DNA from: the human T2T-CHM13v2.0 reference genome, Homo sapiens
Reading direction: 5' to 3' (one strand)
NCBI RefSeq assembly: GCF_009914755.1
Contig: NC_060932.1
Length of the DNA stretch: 64,000 bases
Of this stretch, positions 53,775 through 64,000 are shown piece by piece (the first letter of the stretch is position 1; the number at the start of each line of letters is the position of its first letter). A program made the translations under genes and the position numbers. The notes below the pieces were generated by a model. The model saw only the letters and a program-made list of their open reading frames with translations. It did not search any database and was not told where the DNA came from.

Positions 53775-55582
53775 TTTTATTTTTTTTGAAGGCAATTTAA
53801 TAAGATTTGAGCATAGATATTAAACTTAGCATGGACAGAGAAACTTATTTCTTGGGGGACTGGCATAGTGAAAGAACAGAATCAGCATGACCAGAGAGAG
53901 CAGAAAAACTTACAACAGCTAATACTACTTGCTACATTGCTGTAGCTTTAAGATTGAGGGAGGAGGACTAGAGCCAGCCTGAGATCTTCTGGGTCAGTTT
54001 GATCTAGGCGTTCTTCTTCTTCTTCTAGATCTGCACTTTAAATATTTTTGGTGTCTTTATGACTTAAATGCAAATAGCTTAAACTTAGCTTTTTCTTTTA
54101 AGGGTTTAAGGAGTGAGAGCAGAGCCAAGTCCTGGAGATGGTAAACTTGCTGTTGCACCGTAAAACGAGATGTGCGGGATAGGGGGCAGGGACAAGGCAG
54201 AAAAGGACTACTCGGATCATTTTTAAGATGGGACAGTAGCCACAGAGGAACAGAGTAAGAATCTAAATGAAGTAAAGCAGTAGGGGCGTACATTTCTTTA
54301 CACAGTGTTCTACTTAAGGGCACAGGAAAAGTTACAGAATGACGAGAGAGGTGAGCAAGGAAATTTGCAGGGTGGCTGTTTTGAACTCACTACTGGTTTA
54401 TTTTAGAGGAGGTCTAATCACCTGGACGTGGAGTATGACGATCTAAATACTTACAACTTTCATAGTGCTAGAAATCTTAATCAGGCAAATGTTTTTCACA
54501 CTTGTTCTTGTAACAACACTTGACTTGCTTCTGGCAGAAAAGACAGGACTGTGGTCGCCAGCCTAAAAGATTGATGAGAAATTTAACCTCCTGTGACAAA
54601 AAATCAGCACTAAGGGCTTTGAAGAAGTTTTTACTTAGACGTCTTGGCAATATCAACGTCTTGACACGCAAAACTCTGACAACTACTAACAAGACAATAG
54701 ACACTGAGCAGAACAATCAATATAAAACAAACAATTGACTTTAGTGCATGTAAACAGTTATGACAGTTTCTTCCTTTTTTTTTTTTTTTTTTTTTAGACA
54801 GACAAGGGGAGGGTTTCCTGTGATGGGATCAGTCAGATAACTGCCTGGCCCCTCCCCCTGAGGGGACTTGGGCTCCTCTTAGCATTGGCAGGCCGGTATA
54901 AACTTCCGGCTCAGATCAAGCTATGCCTGATGCTGCCTTAAGCCTTATGAGGTCGCCACGGAACCGCAGGTGAGGTGAGGGCCTACTTGAACTCCGTAGC
55001 TTTCGCCGTGGAGCTACAAACTGGAGGACAAGCGCGAGCCCTTTTCCTCCCTCACTCATTCATTATTCACACAGAGTATATAACAGTTTTTTTTTTTTCT
55101 TTCTTGGAGATTCTTCAAGAAACTTGAACAAGAGAAAGATGAGAGATAGAAACAGAGAGAGAGAGAGTGACCGGTCTGCCGGAAACCAGGACTCAGTCCT
55201 CCAGCATCCTGGGATGTGGACTGAGTCAAGGGAGGGCCCCTGTCAGGGCCACTTCCCTCCTAGAAAGAGACACAGAGGTGCCTAACAGAAAACCAGGGCT
55301 CTACCTTCTAGCGTCCTAGAGAAACATGCAGAGTCGAAAGAGGGACACCCTCATCAGGGCCGCTTCCCTCTTCCTAGAACTGAAGTCAAATCTGACCTAC
55401 GTGACCTCAGGGTCAGAAGTCGAGGACTCAGAGGTGGAATTTTTATGGGCACCCACCGGGTAGTCGATCCGCTCTCCTCTGGAAGACGGTCACTTTTCGA
55501 GGACCTGAAGGTTTTTTTTTAGGTGGCACCCCCCACAAGCCGGCCGTCCTTCCGGGGGAGCCCGGCTCTCTCCTCATGGCGT

Positions 55583-55600
55583 TTCTCGCTGGGGCCTCCA
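55583..55600 (-). promoter_or_regulatory. Primer-binding site, tRNA-Thr
   Basis: Reverse complement TGGAGGCCCCAGCGAGAA, 2 nt after the LTR end. Confidence 0.85.
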
Positions 55601-55602
55601 AA

Positions 55603-56052
55603 TGTTGTACTTGAATGAGTTGGAGAAAATGCCACACTTTCACATGAATTAAGAGTCTCCTTATTTAGCTGGTGCCTAAGAAATGGCTAACTCTTAACGT
55701 TTTCTTGGCCCCGAAGAAGGGGCTAGATTTTCTTTTATACTTCAGTTTAGAAAGGGGAAACAGGTCTAGTTAAAAGAATTTTACAGAAGTAAAGTAGGCA
55801 AAAAAGTTAAAAGGATAAATTGATACAGGAAAGTAAAGAGTTCTAGGTCTAAGGGCTTTAAGACTATTACAAAGTGATAGACGTGAGGCTTTAGGCATTA
55901 TCAATCGGACAAATTCCTGGGAACTGTGGATATTGCTCGCCCCACAGTATCTTATCAGTTAATTGCATTCTTAGATCTGCTAAGAGTCAGCTTACACAAG
56001 TTAAGTCCTTGAGGAAGGGGCTGCCAGTGAAAAAGCCAAGATAAAAGCTGTC
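55603..56052 (-). promoter_or_regulatory. 5' LTR (LTR6-type) missing about the first 110 bp of U3
   Basis: Colinear with 48736-49178, then switches abruptly to MST sequence. Confidence 0.85.
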
Positions 56053-56390
56053 CCCAGTGTTAGAGGTGGGGCCTGGTGGGAAGAGATTGAATCATGGGGG
56101 TGGATTTCTCATGAATGATTTTGCATCATCCTTTTGGTCCTGTCCTTGCAATAGCGAGTGAGTTCTTGCAAGATCGGGTTGTTTACGAGTGTGTCGCACC
56201 TCCCTCCTTACTCTCTTGCTCCCGCTTCACTTTCTGCCATCATTGTAAGTTTCCTGAGGCCTCCACAGAAGCTCAGCAGATGTCAGTGTCATGCTCCCTG
56301 TATAGCCTACAAAACTGCGAGCCAATTAAACCTCTTTTCTTTATATATTACCCAGTCTCAGGTATTTCTTTATACCATGAGAACAGCCAA
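56053..56390. mobile_element. MST MaLR LTR (truncated), followed by a MER58-like piece to ~56520
   Basis: AGGTGGGGCCTGGTGGGA..GCCAATTAAACCTCTTTTCTTTATA..CCCAGTCTCAGGTATTTCTTTATA. Confidence 0.85.
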
Positions 56391-56454
56391 ATCCAGCAGC
56401 CGTAGACAATATGTAGCAAATGTGCATGGCTGTGTTTCAATAAAACTTTATTGA

Positions 56455-57007
<553 letters not shown>

Positions 57008-58044
57008 TCTAGATTTTTTTTTTTTTGACCATTGCTTATTTGGTTTGACTTTCATTTTCTTCCCCATTGTGGTAGTCATTTTCTGAATGCCTGTTAGTTT
57101 GTCCATCTCTCTCCTCTGTAGTCCCTAGAGTCAGATGAACTCCTCTGCAGGTGCAATGGTGTAACACTCTCTAGTGCTGAATTCTGAGCAGGAGAAAGAG
57201 AGCAAGAGTGACCAGTACCTTTGGAAACTCTGGCCTCCTGAGAATTTGGTGTCTCCTCTGCAAAGGTTGCATACCTGTTAACCCACAGGCAGGAGAGACA
57301 GACAAGCCAGAATCATGATCTGTTGAGCTTGAGTTTAATATCTGATGCACAGAGATCACTGAGTTTTTTGATAAGAATTAGAGGGGGAAGAAATGGCCAC
57401 AGAGAACAATTTCTATCTCCAGGTGAGGATTCAGGAGATAATTCTGTGAACAGAACTTCCTGAGAACTGAGATGGGGGAAATCGCTGGTATTAGAAGAGT
57501 GAAAATGTCAGTAATTATGGCTACGACTGTGCTCTTAGAGGCAAAAGAAGAAAATGAGACTGCCAGGCATGAATAATGAGAAATCTTTGATGGAATTAGC
57601 CATGCAGAACAGATACTAAATGCATCCTCATTCTTCTCATAGTCAAAAGTTTGTGCTTAAGCTGGATGGGAAAAAGAGAATCCCATTTCACTAAGTATAA
57701 AAGAGGGGATTTTAGAGAAGGTCTCAGAAGAAAGAGATGTGGGGGTTTGGTGAAACTCACCAGAGGCTGAACCCTCTCCAGCATAACACAGGGATTGGGA
57801 GGAGCAGGGCGGCATTAGGCCAGATGTATAGCCCAGTGCTGCTCTCTCTGGACTTGTTTGCTAGCTGAGCTCATCCATTTACATAATTTTCAGTGCCATT
57901 TCTCAGCTAATGAGTCCTGAACTTTTGTCTTGAGGCTAGAATTCTCCTTCAAACAGCAGTTTTAACACTCAACTTCTTTCTTGTTTTTTCCACTTGTCAA
58001 CTCATGAACACCTCAACCTTGTTACATCCAAAGCCAAACTCATG

Positions 58045-58352
58045 GCTTGGAGTGGTAGGTGATGGCTGTAATCCCAGTGCTATGGGAGGCAGAGGTGGGA
58101 GGATTACTTGAGGCCAGGAGTTGGAAGCCAGCCTGGAAAACAGAGTGAGACTCCCTATCTACAAAAAAAAAAAAAAAAAAAGCTAAGCATGGTGATGTGC
58201 ATCTGTAGGATCTGTAGTCCTGCTACATGACACGCTGAGGCAGGAGGATCACTTGAGCCCAGGAGTTTGAGGCTGCAAAGAGTTATGATTGCACCAATGC
58301 ACTCCAGCCTGGGTGACACAGCCAGAGACCCTGTCTTAAAAAAAAAAAAAAA
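58045..58352 (+). repeat. AluJ-like element in L2 remnants
   Basis: GGATCACTTGAGCCCAGGAG and A-rich linker and tail. Confidence 0.88.
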
Positions 58353-59049
58353 CCAAAGCCAAACTCTCTTTTTCCTCCTCCTTCTCCATGGGCTCTGTCC
58401 ATGCCATCTCTGTTCTGTAAATGGCACCACCCCCTGCTGAGCTGCTCAAGGTGGTCATAACTCATGTGTTGTGCTAACTCTGCTTTTGCCCTCTTCTGCA
58501 GTCAGCAAGTCCTGTGATTCTAAACTTTATCCAACTTGTCCACTCTCTGTAGCTTCACTGTCATTATCTTTGCCTAGGACACCACTATCTCAGCTGGGCT
58601 ACAGCAGCCTCCTAACTGGTCTTAACTGGTACTCTGCACCTGCTCTCCATGCTCAGCAATCCATTTCCTACCTGGCAGCTTCAGTGATCTTAAGGCTTCC
58701 ATTGAGTCTCATCCCTGCCTTTCCTGCCCATGGTACATAGAATAAAATCGAGACCCCGAGTCTTCTGCCTGTTCCTGCCACCTCTCCAGCCCTCTCCTAT
58801 CTCCTGCCCTTGGCCTACTCTATTTCAGCCACTATGGCCTCCTTTTGTTTTCTTGGACTTTCAAACCTTTTTCCACAACACGGCCTTTGCACTTGCTGCT
58901 TCAGCCTGGAATGATTTTCCCTGCACCTCCCCAAATTAGACCATCCTTCAGGTGTCAGCTAAAATGGTGCTTCCACAGACAGCTCTTCCCTGACCCCTTT
59001 ATAAAGTGGACTTGCCTGCTCTTCTCCACCTTAACCTCTTATTGTTTCT

Positions 59050-59710
59050 TGTTGTGGGAAGTCAGGGACCCCAAATGGAGAGGGACTGGCTGGAGCCATG
59101 GCAGAGGAACATAAATGGTGAAGATTTCATGGACATTTATCAGTTCCCAAATAATACTTTTATAATTTCTTATGCCTGTCTTTAATCTCTTAATTCTGTT
59201 ATATTCCTAAGCTAAGGATGTACATCACCTCAGGACCACTGTGATAATTGTGTTAACTGTACAAATTGATTGTAAAACATGTGTGTTTCAACAATATGAA
59301 ATCAGTGCACCTTGAAAAAGAAGAGAATAACGGCAATTTTTAGGGAACAAAGGAAGACAACCATAAGGTCTGCCTCCTGCAGGGTTGGGCAAAAAGAGCC
59401 ATATGTTTCTTCTTGCAGAGAGTCTATAAACGGATGTGCAAGTAGGAGAGAGATCGCTAAATTCTTTTCCTAGCAAGGAATATTAATAGTAATACCCTGG
59501 GAAAGGAATGCATTTTTTGAAGCCCTTAATAAAAACTTGCTCATCTGAGACTCAGGGGGCATCACGGTCCTACTGATGTGTAATGTCACCCGCAGCAGCC
59601 CAGCTGTAAAATTCCTCTTTGTAGTGTCTCTCTTTATTTCTCAGCTGGCTGACACTTATGGAAAACAGAAAGAACCTACATTGAAATATTGGGGGCAGGT
59701 TCCACCTATA
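59050..59710 (+). mobile_element. Shortened MER11 (A-like) solo LTR
   Basis: Starts TGTTGTGGGAAGTCAGGGACCCCAAA and ends ATATTGGGGGCAGGTTCCACCTATA. About 660 bp against about 1065 bp for the other two MER11 copies. Confidence 0.85.
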
Positions 59711-60838
59711 CTTCTTTCATAGATTTACTTATTTTTTGTTTGTCCCCCTCTGTATCCTAGAAACTCCTGGAGGGCAGAGGCATGCCTGCCATCTTCATCA
59801 TTGCATTACCACCACCCAACACTATCGGGGGACCTGCCCTGATAATCAGGTAGGTTCTTTTCTATTTTCCTAAGCGTCGACTGGCTTGAGAAATAAAAGG
59901 ACAGAGTACAAAAGAGAGAAATTTTAAAGTTGGGTATCCGGGGGAGACAACACACATTGGTAGGATCCGTGATGCCCCACAAGCCACAAAAACCAGCAAG
60001 TTTTCATTAGGGAGTTTCAAAAGGGGAGAGAGTATATGAATAGGAGTGGGTGACAGACATCAAGTACTTAACAGGGAAATAGAATATCACAAGGCAAGTG
60101 GAGACAGGGTGAGATCACAGGACCACAGGATGGAAGTGAAATTAAAATTGCTAATAAAGTTTTGGCACCATTGTCATTGATAACATCTTATGAGGAGACA
60201 GGGTTTTGAGATCAACCCGTCTGACCAAAGTTTATTAGGCGGGAATTTTCTCTTCCTAATAAGCCTGGGAGTGCTGTGGGAGACTGGAGTTTATTTCACC
60301 TCTGCAATCTCGACCATAAGTGACAGGTACGCCCCGGGGGGCCAGTTCAGAGACCTACCCCTAGGTGCGCATTCTCTTTCTCAGGGACGTTCCATGCTGA
60401 GAAAAGGAATTCAGTGATATTTCTCCCATTTGCTTTTGAAAGAAGAGAAATATGGTTCTGTTCTGCCTGGCTCACCAGCGGTCAGAGTTTAAGGTTATCT
60501 CTCTAATTCGTGAACAATTGCTGTTATCCTGTTCTTTTTTCAGGGTGCCCACATTTCATATTGCTCAAACACACATGCTGTACAATTTGTGTACTTAACG
60601 CAATTATTACAGGTCCTGAGACGATATACATCCTTCTCGACTGACAGGATTAAGAGATTAAAGTAATGACAGGCATAGGAAATCACAAGGGTATTGATTG
60701 GGAAAGTGATAAGTGTCCATGAAATCTTCACAATTTATGTTTAGAGATTGCAGTAAAGACAGGCATAAGAAATTACAAAAGTATTAATTTGGGGAACTAA
60801 TAAATGTCCATAAAATCTTCATAATCCACGTTCTTCTG

Positions 60839-62990
60839 TCATGGCTTCAGCCGTTCCCTCTGTTTGGGGTCCCGATTTCCCGCAACATCTCTCCCTTTCT
60901 TTTTATATAAATGTGCCATGGCGATGAAGGCTTGTTCATTCTCTCGATTTTGACACAGGATTATTTGACTGGTACGGCACACTAAAAGCAAGCCGATGAA
61001 GCAGAGAAACATAATTCCAGAATTTACTACAGTGGAGCCCCCAATAGACTTAATCCAAGTTCTGGGGTTTAATCCATAAAGATTTTCTGCCACCTGATCT
61101 AACGCCTGAGCTCCAGGCACGATGGATAAGTGAGCTTGGGAGGCTTCAAAAATTTGTTTTTTTTTTAATTTAGTTGTTTTCAATGATAAATTATATTTTC
61201 TACCTAGAAGATGTCCTTTGACCATTTCCCATGAATGATCAGTCTCGTTGTAGGAATAGGGGTGATGCAGAAATCCAAAGTATTCCAATCGCACTGCATT
61301 TGCATGCGATGTTCTAGACTCACTACCCGATCTCCAAGCCAAATAACAGACTGTCTTAAATCATTAATTTGATTTGCCAATTTTTGATCGATGCCTTGTT
61401 GAGAATTCCACATTTGGGTGGAATTGGCTTGCCAATCATTAACAAAATGAGCCGTTTGAATAGACTGGTGTAATGCCATTCCAGCAGTGGTGGCCATTGC
61501 AGTGACTGTAATTAGGCCCATGATAACAGCGATTAAAGTGAAAACAAATATCTTAGGTTCTTTTAGAATTCGTTGTACCAATTCATTAATTAAATGTATT
61601 GAGGGGGAGGATTCCCAAGGTCTAGGTAAAGTTATCGGAATCCAGATTCCTTCTCGAGCTCAAATCAACATTACACTTTTCCTGGAGTCAAAGTGGGAGT
61701 TAATACAAGTGTATAGATGACAACTGACGCATTGGACAATTTGATTATTCATCCAAATTTTGATATTTCCTACCAATATCATGTAAGGAAGCTTAACACA
61801 ACTCTGTATGGGAACAGTCAGGTTGGAGGTAAGTAAAGCAGAATATCTGGGTCTACGTTGATACTGAGAGAGTGGGACGGTAGTGGGAACAACAGTCAAA
61901 ATAGTTTCTCCTTCCCATACTCGCAGTCCAGCCATGACAATAGCCAATTTCCAAAGTTCTGGGTGTTCTGGGCTCAGAATAGGGAGTATCATAGGATGCC
62001 TGGGGGGGGCGGGGGTAATGCCTTTATCTTCCCATTTTAAGGGAAAGAATGAGCTGATCCTTGAATGATGATTCTCTTTCTCCTGATAAGAAATAAAATA
62101 AGTAGCCTCCAGGCATTCCCTTCCACAGAGGAGCAATTGTTTTTTAAATAGCCCTATGGTGCCCAGTCTATTACTAAACCATATGAGTCATTTTTTAATA
62201 TTACTGCATGTGAGTTAACACAATCTTCCCGAATTAAAGTTTTAGATGGTCCCTCAAAATGTTTAGGGCATGGTTTTCCTGCAGGTTTATATTGAAAGTA
62301 TGGGGTACCTCCCATTACTCCTCCTTTCATTTGTTGTAAAGGAGAAAGGGAGAGGCCAGAGGCCAAATGTCCCATTTTATCTGTAGCTGATGTTTCTGAA
62401 AGATAAGCAGCCCAGAACTGAGTTTCTAGATGGATGCAACCAGGTGCATGTCCGAGGCACAGAGGTGGGTATTTATAACCCATGGTAACATTAAATGCAG
62501 TGCCTTCTTCTCCTGGTTGTGCGGGGCAAGGGTCGTCTATGGCTCCAGGCATCCACACACTATCGTTAGTGTAGATTTCTGCGGGAGCATCTATCCGGGT
62601 GAGAGAGCGAATAAGTGGAGGAAAAGACACCTAAGCCCAAGAAGAATAATTATGTGTAGCAGGTAAATCAGTGTGAGAGGAAACTGGTGAGACAGAAAGT
62701 ATAAGGAGGAGAATCATTAAATAAAACCTAGTGTAAGCGAGATGGAGTGCTGAAGGAGAAAGAGAAGAACAGTGGGATGTTATTTTCAGGCTAATAGAAA
62801 TGGTGAGATATTTAGGTTTGTAAGGAGAAAAAGAAAGGTAATCAGGATAAGTGTGATTAGTTAGATGGGTCTCCACTGTCATCAGGGAGGATTGATTTAC
62901 ACCCATTGTGATTTGGTGTGCCTGTTTCTGAGGAGTCGGCACAGATCTCACCACATCTGAAGGCAGTCTCTGACACAGACGTCTCTTCAC
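60839..62990 (-). pseudogene. env: HML-8 env, frameshifted and stopped
   Basis: Successive ORFs give a signal region (FYLMILLLILSV), SU (DSVWMPG, YKYPPLC, EHPELWKL) and TM ([35 protein letters not shown]). Confidence 0.9.
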
Positions 62991-64000
62991 TGTGGTTTTG
63001 ATTGTCAGTATTCACAAGAAGCTTGAGTCTTCTGGTGGGCACCCAGACAGGGGATTGATGATCTCCTGGTGAAACACAAGCATATCCTCTTCCCCACGTT
63101 AAGTAGAATAAGAGACAATATTTAAAGGTTTGGGGAAATCCTGTAAGGCAGTAATCACAGCAATTAACTCCGCATTTTGAAGAGAAGTATAAGAGGTAGA
63201 AAGAAGTTTGTCTGCAGGAACTGTATAGCCAGCATTGCCATTACCAGAGCCATCAGTGAATACTGTAACGGCCTCAGGAATGGGTTGATTTTTGGTTAAT
63301 CGAGGAACCACCCAAGACGTTATTTTTATAAAATCAAACAATTTGTTTTTTTGGATAATGATCGTCAATAACACCAATAAAATCAGCCAAGTGAATTTGC
63401 CACAGTACAGAATGTTGAAAGGCAGCTTGAACTTCGAGCTGATTTAAAGGAACTACAATTACACTTGGATCAAATCCAGAAAATTGAAGTATTCTGCACC
63501 GAACCTGTCCAATTAATATGGCTATTTGGTCTAGATAAAGTTTTTGACACAGAATGAGGAAGAAAACACCATTCCACTAAATCATTATGTTGAACTATTA
63601 GTCCAGTAGGAGAGTGTAATGAAGCAAAAACCAGAAGCTGAAAAGGCTGAAATGTCTGTACTCTAGATAACTGGGCAGTCTGGATTTTTTCCTCTACAAA
63701 TTCCAGATCCAGTAAAGCCTCAGGGGTCAAAGTCCTAGGGCTGCGGAGATCAGAATCTCCCCGCAGCATAGAGAACAAGTTAGACAGGGTATAGGTCGGA
63801 ATGCCTAAAGTAGGTCTTAAATAATTAATGTTACCCAAAAGTTTTTGGAAGTCATTTAAAGTTTTTAAAGAATCTCTCCTAATTTGAACTTTTTGAGGTT
63901 GAATACATTGTTTATCGACCACCATTCCTAAATATTGAACAGGAGTGGTCTGTTGAATTTTATCCTGAGCAATGCGTAATCCAGCCTCTGTAACACAGCG
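62857..64000 (-). pseudogene. pol: HML-8 pol remnant (RT thumb/connection, partial RNase H, integrase C-terminus)
   Basis: ORFs 63470-63925 and 63099-63377. The integrase core is absent. Confidence 0.88.

Larger units (their letters stand above)
48736..56052 (-). mobile_element. HERV-S71 / HERV-T provirus, hypermutated and internally deleted
   Basis: LTR6-type LTRs at 48736-49287 and 55603-56052, a Thr PBS, gag capsid, RNase H FTDGSS, and integrase and env remnants. Confidence 0.9.
59823..64000 (-). mobile_element. HERV-K11 / HML-8 provirus, 3' portion
   Basis: MER11 3' LTR 59823-60887, PPT AAGAAAGGGAGAGA, betaretroviral env and pol ([32 protein letters not shown]). Confidence 0.92.

Overview
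Primate (almost certainly human or great ape) genomic DNA, nearly all interspersed repeat, with no intact protein-coding gene. Most ORFs in the track are Alu, LTR or L1 read-throughs. The main content, all on the minus strand, is: (1) a 15.1-kb nested composite at 10650-25791, in which a HERV-H provirus (two LTR7s, His PBS) sits in an old MLT1 LTR and itself carries a MER11 solo LTR and a HERV-E/Harlequin-type genome (Glu PBS, one LTR2-type 3' LTR, no 5' LTR, yet a clean CTAG target duplication); (2) an L1PA with both ends but a ~1.2-kb deletion of ORF1 and the start of ORF2; (3) exon 1 of an unprocessed ENPP7-like pseudogene; (4) a HERV-S71/HERV-T provirus (LTR6, Thr PBS) with heavy APOBEC3-type G-to-A hypermutation and internal deletions; (5) the 3' part of a HERV-K11/HML-8 provirus (MER11 LTR) running off the window end. 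An ENPP7P beside a HERV-H/E junction is what I recall from the multi-chromosome ENPP7P/FAM86/ALG1L segmental-duplication family, but I cannot tell which copy this is. The most interesting signals are the promoter-swapped HERV-H/HERV-E unit, the Trp-to-stop hypermutation in two proviruses, and the divergent ENPP7-like exon. Subfamily names come from recalled consensus sequences, and Alu and old-repeat boundaries are approximate.
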